64,000 nucleotides of DNA from the human T2T-CHM13v2.0 reference genome, Homo sapiens (GCF_009914755.1 NC_060930.1); one strand, 5' to 3'. Counted from the stretch's first letter, positions 1 to 14,301 are shown. Notes: a model not told the origin generated them from the sequence alone. Numbers and translations: made by a program.

Positions 1-553
1 ATAAGGGTGAGGGGAGGGTACCTCAGGAGGCTCGGCTGCATACCAGTCCCTGATTCCTTCTGTTTCTGCCTTATTCTCCCAGCCCTCTCCTTCTTTGACT
101 TAAGCCAGGCTGAGTGCCTTTTAATGATTTATAAGTAGAAACAATCCTAATCAATAAAAGTTACCACTTAGTAAATAATGCAGTGAGCATAAGTGGTGGA
201 GATTCTGCTCTTTTGGAGAGAGGAGTGGTCAGATTATAGAGTTAATTTACAATGAGAAAAATCTCCCATTGTTAAAGTTTTCTTTGAACAATCTCTTGGA
301 TGATCTGCCAAGGCATCCACTGAGAGGCATTCAGGAGGGAGACAGCCTGGAGAAGAGAGGCCTAGCTCCCTGTCCTGCTCACCCCAGGGCGCAGATTGTG
401 GTTGGAATGTCAGGGGACTGACAGTTTACATTTGTGCTTCTTCCATTAGCCAATGGTATATTGCTGAATTTGTGTCGAATGTATTTATGTAAGTTGAATG
501 GGAATTCATTGATAGTGAATAGATGGAGACTGTTGTGGTTAGAGACAGAGTGG

Positions 554-572
554 ACACACACACACACACACA
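554..572. repeat. (CA)n microsatellite
   Basis: About 9 AC units seen directly. Confidence 0.9.
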
Positions 573-1029
573 AATTTGGTTTGGATGGCAAGACTGCTGA
601 TGCCACACATGTACCAGAGGGAATGAAAAGGTTATGACTTACAGAATGAGGCTTTCTGGGGAGAGTGGGTAGGCTCCCAAGCAGGTCCACAAATGGCTTG
701 AGAGAGCAGTGAAAGCAAATGACTTGGCTTTTCTTGTGGTTAGGGGATGGGGTTGGCATAACGGATCTTGGGTGCAGCTGAAGCTTGTGTGATTTGAACC
801 AAAAGAGAGATCACCCAGGCTTTCTTACCAGCTTGTCCAGATATGGGGCAAGAGGGGAAGGGGGAAGACTGGGGATTGAAAGTTGTTTGCAAACATCAAA
901 AATGGAGTCAGACTCTTTATTACAAAGAGATTTTCTGATATTTTATTTTTCTGCTTCTGATTGATGATATTTTCAAGGATCCTGTACATTAGTGTGCAAC
1001 TTTGCACTAATGTATACATTAGATCTATC

Positions 1030-1575
1030 AAACACGGTCTGGCAGGAAAGAGTTAGCATACGAAAATGGGGTAGTTTGAAGAGAGTTTAACAAAGGGGCA
1101 ATTAGCAAAAGTGTGGGTAAAGTATCAGAAAACAACAAGGGATACTGCAATGTCCAAGGATGAATAATAACATCTGGGGCTCCATTAAATACTCACTTTT
1201 GATGGAGAAGGCAAAGGAGAGGTTGCCAAAACCCAGACAGTTGTCAGAACCCAGAAAAGGAGGAGGAGAAGGAGGGGAGGGGGAGGAGGGGGGAGAGAGA
1301 GAGAGAGAGATCGGTATGGAGAGGGCTACCTAACAGGGGCTGTGCCCTTAGGAAATCAGCCACCTACAAAGATCCCCTCCAGAAAGGTCACAAGGAGCCC
1401 ATAATACCCCAACTTCACTTTCTTTCCTCCCTCTGATCTGCCATTACCCCCCAGTGGCCAACTCAACCAGAAGTCAGAGGGCAAGGCTGACGGCTGAAGC
1501 AGTTTGTAAAGTCTACCTTTCAGGATACAGAGAGGTCTCGAGAGGGATTTGCAGGGGCAGGAGAAGATTTCCAGT
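1030..1575 (-). mobile_element. ERVL solo LTR, LTR33-like, interrupted by a polypurine/(GA)n tract
   Basis: cctccctctgatctg...caaccagaagtcagagggcaagg...atttgcaggggcaggagaagatttccag resembles the reverse complement of the LTR33 5' end as recalled. Confidence 0.6.
1253..1310. repeat. 58-nt pure purine tract (GGA/GA repeats)
   Basis: Only A and G from 1253 to 1310. Confidence 0.9.
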
Positions 1576-3662
1576 TTAGGAAGCTTCACTGGGTTTTACC
1601 CTTTGGCGATAGGATGGAAGCCTGAGTCTACCCATAGACAATTTGGTGAAAGTAACTGTTCCCCTGTTCTCCACTCTTCTGGGAAGGTTAATAGGTCTTA
1701 GCATATAACATACAAAAGTTCTTGTATTTTAAATGGGTGGTTTTCATTACACATGGAGTGGTAATTTGGGATATGTAAAGAAATATGTTTTGTGCCTTCT
1801 TTCTCTTGCTTTCTTTTAAATAAATGTTAGAAGTTCAGAGAAAAGAAGAGCCAGGACAGGACAGCATAGAAAGTATATGGTAATGTGCACCAAAGCCTTG
1901 GGCATAGTGATAGGTCAAGTGCTTACTCATCAAGCTATCTGCAAAATCCTATCAGAAAACCTCCCATGAGAAATGTGACGAACAAGATTGACTTTGCAGG
2001 GACTGTCTTACGATGAGTACTTCATCTTGTCTATCTCGTCTGTATCAAAGTTTAATTCCTTTATCCAAGTTCTTAATAAAGGAATTAATTCTTTTATCCC
2101 ATCTGTGTGCCACACACCCTATGCTAATTAATTAAAGTATATGGGAGTTCGTACACACAGCACAGGAGTACTGAGGCTAGCTGAGCCATAAAGCAGTTGT
2201 TTGGTGTTCTCTGCTTCTATTCCTACCCTTTTCCTATGGAGTCAAAATTTAACGCCAGCACACATTGATAACAACACAGCAGCTTTTCTGAAATTTATTT
2301 TCCATTCTAAAATGCATTTGCATTTCAAGTACTTATTTTGGCCTTCATTTTCATGCAATTTTGTTTATAGCACTAGAAATAGGGCAGTGTGACTTTTTGT
2401 TCCTTTTATTACTCCAATCTGATACCCAAAGAGATGAAGTCAAAATCATTAAGCAAATGGTAGGAAGCAATCAATGTTTCTAAATAAAAGGTCACACAAT
2501 AAGGAAAGATGAAAGTGAAATACAGAAAATAACTCACTGATTTGGCTCAAAAATCTTTACATTTTTATCGATCTACAAGTAAAACATTGAAATGAAAAAT
2601 AAAGCTTCATTTGGCATTCCTTGGTAACTATGACATTTCTATTGAGCAATGGACTGAGTCGATACATAGCCATTTTTGGAAACTCCTTTGGGTTAAAAAA
2701 AAATAAGAATAGGAAAAAACTGAGATCAGGCATGAGCTTTCCTTATAGGTTGACTAGCAAGGCTTCCCAAACTATGAATGCTTCAGGCGTTTATTCTAGC
2801 ACATGTTCAGGGTAGCTACAATTGGTGCAAAAAGGAAAAATTTTTTAAATAGACAGTGGAGATGTGTTCTGGGAACAGAAATGAATATGTCCTAAGGTGT
2901 GGCCCTGGAGCCAGGAGCCATCCTGCAATGTCAGGGAAATGCAGTTAACGACCTCCAAGCTTAGTTGTTAAGACGATGATCACGGGCATGTTTGGTATAT
3001 TTTTCCCCCCAAGTTTGGCAAGCAGCCTAACTAAATGAAACCTCTCAGTGTGCTGATGTTTATAGTACTCGATTAGTGTCAGCTCAGAATGAAATAAATA
3101 CACGTAGCAATGCCTTTTGCAGAGGCAGCTTCACTTGAACGTGTTGACACAAAATGTTTGCTTTCTGTTACATACATATTGGACTCTTTAAAATGCTCTT
3201 AAGTAAAACGATACACCGAGTAGAAAAACTGCACACACACACCTCAAATACTAACTTAGTCTGGGAAATCATATATGATAAACAATTCTATGTGGTGGCT
3301 GCCAGCGTACAGTCCTCTGAGACAGAACATTGGAAATAATCGTAACACCAATTGCAGCCTCTATTTGACTGTCTCTAGTAATTTTTTTAAGTTTTTGTTA
3401 GTAGGGATAATGTGATGGAAAGTCTAGAAATGTGGGTTCCCAAGCTCTAAGTTTTGAAAGCATTCTCTTCTTTCTACCTTACAAAAACACATTTTTATTT
3501 AAAAATACATAGTCATTGTTTAAAGCATATTGGAAACACAAATAACAAAGACACTTGATGCTTTTCATTCATATATTCTTTTTATTCTTTTTTGAAAGGA
3601 AGATTAAAATCCCTTATATTTTGTGAACTTAAAAAAAAATAGCTCTGTTTTCTCCTCCTCCT

Positions 3663-3666
<4 letters not shown>

Positions 3667-3706
<40 letters not shown>
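3667..3706. repeat. (CA)~19 microsatellite
   Basis: Uninterrupted CA run. Confidence 0.95.
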
Positions 3707-3707
<1 letters not shown>

Positions 3708-5239
3708 CCCATAAGCAGGGGATATTTAGTATTGTTTTTCATAGGTGAATGAAGCTAATGTCTGATAAGAGATGACTTCAGGTTGTTCTCCACTGCAGTT
3801 GATTGTTGGCTTCTGTGGAACAAAGGCCCATAAAAAATTAACTCCCCATAGGCAGAGACTAAACTTTAAGCAAGTAAATTTCTTCTGCAAATTTACTGGG
3901 TTTAGATCAAGGAGATACTATGCAGTGCTCATGGATTATAAGAGTTTCTTGTAACGCTTTTACTGTAGTCTCCTAAGAGGTTTTCTGAATTCTCTTCTTT
4001 CTACTCCATCTGATCCTACAGAAATTGTACCCTGAATGAAGGAATCTGTTACAAGATTTGGACTATATTTATGCAGAAAAGGGAGAGAAACTGGTCTACT
4101 TTATCTTTTGTCATCTGACATTTAGGAGGAAAAACCTAAAAGTTATCTGAAAGAATCAGGAAAAAGCGGGATACAGAGAACCCAAAAGACAGTGACATAT
4201 GCTTAGAGCATCATAATGTCTCCTCTAGTGGAAAAGATAACTAGAGATAAAGGAAGTGTTGATAGATACCAGTTGATTATAGAGGATGGGGCATACATTT
4301 TTGTGTAACTGGTCTTTTTTTTCTTATATTATTCTGATAAGATGTTTTAAGTAGAGGTAATATGTAAAAAGGTTAATTAGTATTTTCCAAATATTAATAC
4401 TGTTCTGCAAATTACCATATTTTTGTTTAAAAATTGAAAATTAGTCTGGATATAATTTTAATCTTCTGAGTTGTTCATGCCTGAACCTACAGATGACCTG
4501 AAAAGTTTCCACTGCACCTGCTGGTGGACTCTGGAATTGCAGAAAGAGTGGCTAAGGTGCTGCTACCTCTCCTGGAAGACATGCAAATTCTAATTCACTT
4601 CAATAAGCACAATTACTGTAAGTCCATTTCACACTTTGGGCTTCCACAACATATGGGATTTACCAAGCAGTAATTATATTTTTATTAAGGATATGCAACT
4701 AGTTGTTTTCAATACTTTTTCACCATGTAACCTGTGCCACAACTAGATGCTAGAGATATAGAGATAAAATCTCTTATTATTAGAGTATTAGATGCCAGGA
4801 ATGCAGACATAAAGCATATAATGAAAGAACTCATATTCTCTGATGTAGAAGACACAGATGACTATAGCACAATGTGTTCTTTCTTGGGATAGAGGTAAGT
4901 CTGAACTGATCCTTTAAATTAATTCAATGAACAAATGCTTGCTAAATGCCCATTGGTGCCTTGCACTGCTCTAGGAGCTGCTGAATGAACAGTGTCCCTT
5001 CGTATGTAATAAATACTGGGAAGGGAAACATTGAGAGTTTGCTGGGAGCATTTAAAAATGAATATTTTATCCAGATTTACAGAATCAGGAAATCTGGCTG
5101 GCAAAGGTGATGTGTAAGCTAATACTTGAAGATGAACAAAGGTTAGGTCTGGGGATAAGGCACAGAGAGAGGAGCATATGCAAAGATCTTGAAGTATGGA
5201 TCTCTGGGGAGCTGAGAGAAGTTCTATGAATGGAGATAG

Positions 5240-5450
5240 AGCAAAGGTTGGTAAACTTGTTCTGTTGGGTTTGTAGGCTAAGAGTCCTAACCTCTTCAAG
5301 CAGCTGTTCTTGCTGAATGGCATATTGTCTTGCTTTTTGTTTGTTTTCATATTTATATTTAAAAAAGTAAAGACTATTCTTAGCTTGCAAGCCATACAAA
5401 AATAGTCAGTGGGTTGGATTTGGCCAACAGGCCATAGTTTGCTGACCTTG
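5240..5450. mobile_element. MER58 (hAT-Charlie) DNA transposon
   Basis: Terminal motifs aaggttggtaaact and gatttggccaacaggccatagtttgctgaccttg. Confidence 0.7.
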
Positions 5451-5984
5451 AGCACAGAGTGAAAGGAACCTTAAGAGTCTGGGCTTAGGGCAGATGTGAG
5501 GGAATAAGACAAATGGTCTCTAGATGCTATTAGGCTTTAAACTCAGTCTTGAAGGCAGTGAAGGATCATTAAAAAGGCTTATATGGGAGTGCTGGTATTT
5601 TTTATTTTGGCTTTGGAAGATCACTCAGTACACTCAGGCAATGTACTATATGGGCAAAGAATTGAATGAGGTCAGGAGATATGCTATGGGACTATTGCAG
5701 GGACCTAGGCACAATAAAAGCTTGATTTAGGGAACTCAAAGTTGATATATGAAATAGATTTGAAAGGAAGCACAGTTTGTAAGACTTAGTGATTGATCGA
5801 ATGTGTGGACTAAAGGAGGAGAAATGATTTATTTCTGGTTTGAATAAATAATATTGAGGGTTTCTTTGAGCTAGGAGACCCAGCGAAAGCAGAAAAGTTA
5901 AGGGGAAAGCAGTAAATTCCATTTTTCAGTATACTGAGTTTCAGGCTCTTATGAAGCATCCACAAAAGATTCCCTGTGATAATA

Positions 5985-6168
5985 ATTATTATTGTTATCG
6001 TGGTAGAAAACATTGAGTGAACCTTAACAAGTACCAAGTACTGTTCTAAGTACTCATTTGAATTAACTAATTTATTCCTAAAAGTAAACCCAAGGATAGG
6101 TACTATGTTCAGTCCCATTTTATAGATAAGAAAACTGAGGCACAAGGAAGTTAAGTAACTTGCCCAAT
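5985..6168 (-). mobile_element. MIR SINE
   Basis: MIR core cccattttatagataagaaaactgaggcac...gttaagtaacttgcccaa. Confidence 0.85.
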
Positions 6169-8866
6169 TTGGAAAATTATGTGTGTGACTGAGAAGATAT
6201 TTGCTTGGGAATTATCAGCATATAGACCTCGTATAAAGCTATGCGAGGTAATGAGAACACCCTGGGGCAGCTATAGAGTCAGAAAAGATGAGAGGTCCTG
6301 GAACTACATCCAGAGGGACAGCAACACTTCAGGGAAGAAAGAGGAAGGACAACCCCGAAGACTGAACAGCAGGAGAATCAGGAGGCACAGAGGCAGGGCC
6401 ACAGGAGGAGGAGATTGGGAAGGGGGAGGGTCCAAGAGGAGCAACGCTGCTAAGCAGGTGAGGAAGAGATGGGAATGTTTCCTTTGGAGTTAGCAACATG
6501 CAGTTTGTGAATGTCCTTGGCAAAAGGAGTTTCTGTTAAGGTGGTAGGGTTAGAGTGCTACACAATGTTAAGAAGGAAGTTAAGCCAGGAAGGGCTGCTA
6601 GGTGGGGAGAAATCGGATAGAATCAGGTGGGGCAGAGGAATACAGGTCCTGATGAAACCATAGCTCAGGAAACAAGTCAGAGAGTGTAACTAGAGGGTGG
6701 ACTTTCTGAATTATTAATTCAGAGATGCAGACATTCTTGGAAATTACAGGGTCTATTTTGCATCCACGGGAGTGTGACTTTGAAGTCTGCAAATGGAGGG
6801 TGCGAGTCATGAGAGCTTAAGAGGACAACATACTGGACTTTAGGGTTTTAGATGAGCCTTCTTCATTAACAGAGTGGTAGAGAAGAAAGCTTTGAACCAA
6901 GTGCTAAAGTCTTCAGTGAAAAGGGGAAGAAAGAGTAGATGTTAGCAAAAAGGATGAGTGAGAAAGAGTGGTATAGACAGCTCCTCCAAGCAAGGATTTT
7001 CACACCAAAATGGAAGATCCAAGGTCTAGAGGGGCTGTGCTGAGTGAGATAGATGAACAGCCTCTCGTTGCCCTTGCAGCATGTGAAATGGGGAGAAATG
7101 AGCAGCTTTTTTGAGAGGTTGCAGCATTATTTCCTGGGGTGAGCCAGGGTTCTTTCAAGGCAAGGGTGCCAGAGTGAGCATTCAGTGACAACCTCGAGGA
7201 CATATATAAATCTGCTACTTATGGAGCAAGAGTTCCACAGAGCAGAATGGGAAATTTTGGGAAAGAAGAGTGAAAAAGGAAGTCGATTCAGGAGAAAGGA
7301 AGGGGATATATTCAAGAGGAGCTTGGATCTTGGGTAGCGATCAAGGAATATAGAGATATATATAAAGTATGGCAAATTTGGCTGCATATAATTTTTTTAA
7401 ATAATTAGTATTTCAGTCTTCTGATGAAAGTCTTGGAGTCAGAAGTAGAGGACCACCATGCCTCATGGGAGTCAGCCTTGACCTGGTTGGTTACACATCC
7501 AAGGAGATCTCATGTCTTGGCTGGGTAGAAGAAGTCGGTCGGTGATGGGTGGATCAAGGCTTTGGCTCAGGCTAAAGTACTGCCAGTGAGTTGCTGGTGA
7601 AAGCCTGCAAGGCTGCTTAGCAACAGGTGCCCAAGGCCAGAACAGGGCATCTAACTTGGTCAAGGAGGCAAAAACAAAGGATCTGCATCCTCAAATGCAT
7701 TTCTTTCTTCTAACAGTGTACGGTTATGACTTAGTATGGTCTGAGAAACAGCACACCGCAATTGGAAGTTACTGGAGAAATTGTGTCCACTAGGTCTTTC
7801 AGCCTTTAATCTGCACCTTCCGTCTCTGTCTCAAAGATAACAAGCTGTCAACTTTTCTGCATCATCCAGCCATGGGGGTTTAAAAATTTTGTTGTTGATG
7901 GTCTAAGCAGTCCTTTTGCAGAGATTTATTAGCCAGCCTGGCTAACTCTTTAGCCAGAAACCCCTTAGAAGACTTCTTCTGAAAGACCCACCTTCCCCAG
8001 CCTCCTTGATCTACAGGTACTTGACCCTGGCAGGGTCCTCAAAGCCGGAAACACAATAGTGGATGCTTTCCTAGTGCATCTCTCAAGCTCTCATTTGTAT
8101 CCTTCTGGGGGCCCCCTTAAAGGCACACAAACATCTGCATTCTCCACACTATGGAGGCAACACAATGCTTTAAAGCCTCTCAGAAAACCTACAGGACAGT
8201 TAATATGATTTAAGCCTATATTTAAATTTTATGAGACTCATTTTCAAGGCTAATAACCCAGTTTACTGTGCACAATATCAAATGCAAATTTTATTACTGA
8301 CGTGGTAAAAACCAAGACGATCATCATTAGCATATCTCCCTGCATCACCCTTTTTAGCCAAAAGGTGCACCAGGAGTAACAGTGGGGATTTTTATATGTG
8401 TTGTAAATTATAGTTACTATCTCATTAGATAAACACATTTAAAATCATGTTATCATTCACTTATATATCAGAAAGTTGTTTGTTCAATTGCAGCTAGTCT
8501 CATATTCTAACATATGGTGCATGAAATTCTTAGACTAATAAAATTTCAAGGTACAGGGAGCTGGTGTCTTGGATAAAACTGTTTCTGCTCCACGAATGGC
8601 TCGATATAATCTGTAATTGCTTTGAAACAATTATGCAGCAGGCTGTTTTGTACTTAATAGTATTTACATTCTTGGTTTTATTAGCAACAAAATGTGAGTG
8701 GAACTTGTGAAAGAGAAATTAATTTTTCCACTAAAAGATGTAAACTTTTAAATAGAGGCTCTAGCAGATTGGAGAAACTACAAACACGGGGGGTGGTCAG
8801 GTCCCAATTTCTTCATTTTCTTTTTATTATGTCACTTCCTATTTCTCATTAACACACCAGACCATT

Positions 8867-8953
8867 TATGCAATTATATATATATATAATTGCATATATA
8901 TATAGCATATAATTATATATATATATATAGCATATAATTATATATATATATAT
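8867..8953. repeat. (TA)n-rich low-complexity tract containing a perfect 30-bp palindrome
   Basis: tatgcaattatatatatatataattgcata (8867-8896) is its own reverse complement. Confidence 0.9.
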
Positions 8954-9309
8954 TTCACAAACTCTAGGCTTCTAGCTTGAACTTATATTTTTAAAGATGT
9001 GCTGCCTTCTAAAGCTTGTAGTGTGCTCTTCATATTGTCAGAACTGGATTGGCCCTGGAAGGCTTACTGCAGGAGGATTTTGTATACTTTTATCTAAGAA
9101 GAAAAGCACAGGTAATGTCTAAATGTGGATATTCTTCTATGTGAACTCAACTCCCATCTCAAAACAGACAAAAATCCTCACTATTTTTTTAACCTATGGA
9201 GCTATTATTATGGACATTATGTAAAGATAATTTCTTCTTGTTAAATCATTGTCATGATGTTTTATGAATCTTAGAACTATCCTGGCAATGCTGGGTGTTA
9301 GAAAGCACT

Positions 9310-9440
9310 ATGAACTTCAGCTCATTTATCTGTAAAATAAGGACATGCATACTAACCTCACTGGATTTTTGTGAGAATTCAATTGATTGCAATTAAAAGC
9401 AAAGAGCTTTCTAAGTGCTAAAGCAGTACACAAATGGTGG
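9310..9440 (+). mobile_element. MIR fragment
   Basis: atctgtaaaataagg...acctcactggatttttgtgagaatt. Confidence 0.6.
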
Positions 9441-11405
9441 TCATCACAAATGATTCCTGGTAAGTTTTGTTTGAAGTCATGTCCAGGTTTCAAAGCAAGT
9501 GCAGGATACTTACAGGTGTTTCTATTTCACCTGGTCTTTCCAGATAGATTTTTATCTTTGTCATGATCCACTTCTAGACATCTACTGATTTGAAACAAGA
9601 TTGCCTTTTGATTTTCCATTTGTGTTACGTGTTTGTCAAATGATACATTCTCTAACATTCATACTGAAGTAGAAAAAAAAATTGATAGCTTTTATTTTTT
9701 TCCTTAAGTATATAGTGTATGTTTGTTATAGAAAACAAAAAGAAAAAATTCAAGAATTTGATGTATTTTCTTTCTTAATTTATATATGTATAAATATATC
9801 TGTTGTACATGTGTAAAACATATGTTCCTTTTTATATGATTAAAATCACATTATACTTAATTATAGAGCTTGCCTTTTCACTTAACATTATATAATGAAC
9901 ATTTTGATATGCTGTCTGAAATTATTTGAAAAGATTCGTTTTGGTGACTGTGGACAATGAACAAAGTGCAAAACTTTGTCACAAATGAGAGTATTTTAAA
10001 ACTGAATTTTAATTGTGAGAGATTTAAACATCCAAAACATAGAAAGTATAATACAATGAACACCAACATACCCACCACTCAGATGGAAGAGTTGACATAA
10101 TCTGGTAGCTGTGTCTACATAGAGAGAAAGAGAACCACTGTGAGATCGGAACATTTTCCGAGATGCCTGCTCTACTGATAGGACAATCATTTCACATGTT
10201 TGTTAAAAGAATAATCCAGTTACATTTGGAAGCTGGACTTCCCTCCATTCCACCCCCACCCAGCCGGGGGCCTTGAGAGCTCTTTTGTAGAGAATGCAGC
10301 TCTTCTGTTACTCCTGACCTGACACCAGACCACCTCTACCCAGGAAGGGGTATTTTCAATGGGGCCATACAGTTTTGCGAGGGCCTAATTTGGAGGGTGA
10401 TGAATAGAGAGGCACACTAACTGAGCCAGTAAATTTAACTAAACCCATCTCTCCTGTCCATGGGATGTATGACAGGTGTGGCTGTAAAGCCACTTGAGCC
10501 TCCTTATCATGCTCTGTGTCTTTGGGAAGACTCAAGGCCCCTGGTTTTCATTTCATCACTTTTACACAGCAATTGTTTCACTAGGACTGAATTTTTCAAT
10601 TTGAAATGACACTGAGGCTATTATTAAGAAACTTGGATAGAACTATTTTATTGCCTAAACACATGCAGTAAAAACCAAAAATGTTTTATCATTTATCTGC
10701 ATTTCAATGTAAAAGCACAGAATTCTGTTGATCACATGTTGTGCAAAGACACACACCACTTCATTCTTAATTATTAGGAAATCATTTTCATTTTTCTAAT
10801 TGTAATGTCAGACACTATTTAAAACAGAAAACAATTGCAAAATGGCAAGTAAAATCAATGTTAAGGGACACCAAAGATCCCCAAAGTTAACTGAAGACTA
10901 ATTTCTAGACATCCATTCCTGTCCTAGGTCTTTTAGAAGGATTTGTGCTTTGAATTTTTAAAAATGATGTCAATTTCCTCCTAGTACAGTTCTTCTCAGT
11001 GTCTTTGTTGCTCCTTGCATGTAACTTAAACATCTTTAGAAGTTCTACTGAGTCCTTAATGCCACTAGTCTATCACTTGGTATATTACCACTTATATTCT
11101 ACCATGAAGCACCTATATGTGTATGTATATGAAAACAACTATCAGTTAATGACCTGTAAAACTTAGAGCAATTCCCAGGGGGGAGAACTTAAATAAAAAA
11201 CTAATTAATAGAACTCAACTTAGGTTAACCTAGTTTTAAATAGTATCCAGTTAACATTTTTACAAAGATGCCAAATAGTATAAAATCTTTTTGTCAATTC
11301 TTCTGTTGTGATATGGTTCACCACAGTAACCCTGCAAATATATTTCACTATTTTTGCGCGGAAAGAACATTTAATATTAACAAAACAGTTCTGTTTATAT
11401 TATGG

Positions 11406-11604
11406 CAGTGACATGCCAGTAAATATTTAACAACCATCTCTGGAGGCCCAGAGATTTTTAGTGGGTGCTGATTTCTGCAGTTTAACACTTCCAACCATGG
11501 ATGATTTCAAAGCAATGAATCTAACTTCACTAAGGCTAAATTGAAAATACATACACACAATCAGCTCTTGCAAAGCATTTCAAGCCAGCTCCAGAACACC
11601 CCTG
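11406..11604 (-). mobile_element. MER63A-like hAT-Blackjack MITE
   Basis: Ends cagtgacatgccagtaaatatttaacaacc and agccagctccagaacacccctg match the recalled MER63A termini. Confidence 0.7.
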
Positions 11605-13499
11605 CATTATAAGTTTTACTTAGCCTGCACAAGCCAACAACAAACAAAAATCCCCTCAATTTTGGGTTCATTTACATTAACTCCATTACTTGGACCCAGG
11701 ATAAACTATTTTTTAATCTAATAATCCCACATCTGTTTTAAAACTTTCATAAAAAGTATTTCATCTGAAAGGCTTTTTTACATCGCCAAAAGCATCCTTA
11801 ATGATGAGTAAGGTAGAGAGTTTCAGCAGAGTGTGAGCCTATAGCATATGGGATTTCTAGATTTCACCATTTGCAAAATGAGACAGAATCATCCTCCTAA
11901 TTCAAATACAATGTGAAGATTAATAGAAAAACATGTTGTGTTCTTCTATTGTGTCTGTGATTTAAAAAACAAAGTTCTTCCAGTTGGTTTTCTATTATTA
12001 ACAAAATGACATTTTGTACAGGACAAGGAAAAAGAGTTTTGGTGGGTGGGAACAAGTGCATGGTCACCAAGGGAAGCAACAACTGCGTTGAATCTGCAGC
12101 TCAATCTCCTTTGGGCAGCTCTTCCCTTGAGAAAGGGAAGAGGCTGCAGTTCCTTGTCTGTGTCAGTAATGTGAGCTTTCCAGAGGAGCATGGTCAGTTC
12201 CTTGGACAGTGTGATCAGTACCCAGGTACTGCTGTGATCTGTCCTGAGCAATGTCGTAGTGTGGGTATGTGCATGTGTGTTTGTGTGTGTGTCTATTCAC
12301 ATTTTTGGCTAGGAGCCAATATATGTGACTTAGGTATAAACAGATACAATGTTTATATGCATATAATCATATATGCATACATATATACAATTCTATATAA
12401 TATATAACATTTTCATATGTATACATTTCTACAATTCTCATACACAATTTTAATACAGTTTTGTATAAATTTTTATACAATTTTCATACACAGGCATATA
12501 TATGTATAATATACATGCATACTTGACAGAAAGACATTTTATTCTCATTTGTTTCCATATTTGAAGAAGAAGAAGAGAAAACTATCTGAACTAGATACTC
12601 TGAAATTTAAGCTCATCCATAATGGCTAACCCTTTCTCCAGATGGTCTTTTGGGAGGTTTTCTGTGACCCAGTGATGCTATGCAGCCTGGACCCCTGTGC
12701 CCTGCAAACCAGTTCTTTGCCAATTTTCGTGGAGAAGCCTCAGGCCCTGCATCTAGCCTGCCAGTGCCTGCGGGAGGAGGGCTCCATACTGCCTGGCTCC
12801 CAGATGAGACAGAGGCCTTTTTCTAGGAAGAGGCTGACAATCCCTTGAGATCTTAGTCTCTTCCCACTTCTTGCCATTCTGTCTTTACTTTTTTTCCTCT
12901 TTATAATATTCTTAATATTTACCTTTTGTAATCTCGGTGCTTTTGGTTCTTCTTTTCTTTTAAAAATAGTTTTTTTAATCTTCTTAATTCTTGTAGATTT
13001 ATAATTTTTATTCCTACACTACCAGTACTTAATTTTTATCTTTAACCTTTAATCTCGTTTACTTTAAATTTTAAAATGTTTATCGTATTTGGGCCTTTTA
13101 GCTTAAATCTTTCATCATTTTATACTTTTAACCTTTTATCTCATTGGCTTTTTATATTTGCTTTTACATCTCATCAATTTTACCTTATTTTTAAGGTCAA
13201 CTTTTATCTTAGAGAGATTTTAACAAAAACTTTATTCTTGTCTATTTTGCAATTTGTATTTATAGAAACAGTAAAGAGGTATAGCTGAGGGCATTTTGGA
13301 AATGGAGAGCATCATTCTCTAAATAGTGGAGGCTCAGACCTTCCCTGAGGATGCCCCTGCAACCAGCTACTTAGCCAGGTGAAGCAGACTGGTCAGACTG
13401 AGAGACATGTATGGATTAAATATGTTCAAGATTATAATGATTTCTGTAGACAGAACATAACAGATTCATTGGAGTAGTATTGCTTCCTTATATCTTAAA

Positions 13500-13592
13500 C
13501 CAGAGGTTTGCAAACTAGGGCCCCTGGGCCAAATCCAGCCCACTATCCACTTTTGTATAGAAAGTTTATTGGAACACAGCCATGTCCATGTC
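13500..13592. mobile_element. MER58A fragment
   Basis: cagaggtttgcaaactagggcccctgggccaaatccagccc...tttattggaacacagccat. Confidence 0.75.
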
Positions 13593-14301
13593 CATGGCCA
13601 TGACCTCTTCCCTAGGTCAGCCTTCTTGCTTCAATGATTGTTGTTAGCTCAGTGTTGTCTGTGTTAGCCTCCAGAAACAGAAACTTAACAGTTGTGGTCT
13701 CTGAATTTGAGGAACTCACTGTCAAGTAGGACATAGGCATGTAAAATAGAGTCTCAAGTGAAAAGAACTATCAGCCTTTGGGTCAGGAAAGGCATTTTTG
13801 GAAATGTAGTACCTAGATTGGAAGCTAAAGATAATTAGAGTTTAGTCAGGCAGAAATATGGGGAGTAGGGTGGGAAGAGGTGATGGCTGAGATAGAGCCT
13901 TCTAGGCACAGAAAACACGTGTGCGTTGGCCCAGAAACAACAAGAACTGAGATGCTCAGTTCTGCAGCAGCACAAGTGTGGGGAGAGAAGAAAGAGAATA
14001 AAGCCGGACAGCAGCACTGGCCTGAATAACAATGACCTTGAAAGCTTCAGGGAGGAATCTAGATTTTATTCTGAGGGTAATGCGGAGCAATTAAAGGTAT
14101 TTAAACAGGAGTGACACAATCAGATGTTCACTTTTGATATTACTTGAGTTGGGAAGGAATGTTTAGTATATATTAAAATTTGACCCAAGAGAAGGATATT
14201 AAGAGAAGGAAGTGCCTTTGCCTATAAAACTACCTTGATAAATGCTTCATGAGAAGGTGTCACTCTGAGCATGGAGTGGTCAGTTGCCAACCTCCAGAGA
14301 A

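Larger units (their letters stand above)
4915..6560 (-). mobile_element. L2 LINE fragments, split by MER58 and MIR
   Basis: attcaatgaacaaatgcttgctaaatgccc...gcactgctctagg is a reversed L2 3' end, followed by degenerate purine-rich L2 body. Confidence 0.6.

Noticed and set aside
4219-4236. CTCF-like motif (also near 40468 and 57945)
   Set aside because: Each deviates from the core consensus spacing and cannot be supported without a PWM scan or ChIP data
12625-12848. Exon or ORF after ctaac-cctttctccag
   Set aside because: The branch motif is unusually close to the AG, there is no clear donor, and the peptide is unrecognisable
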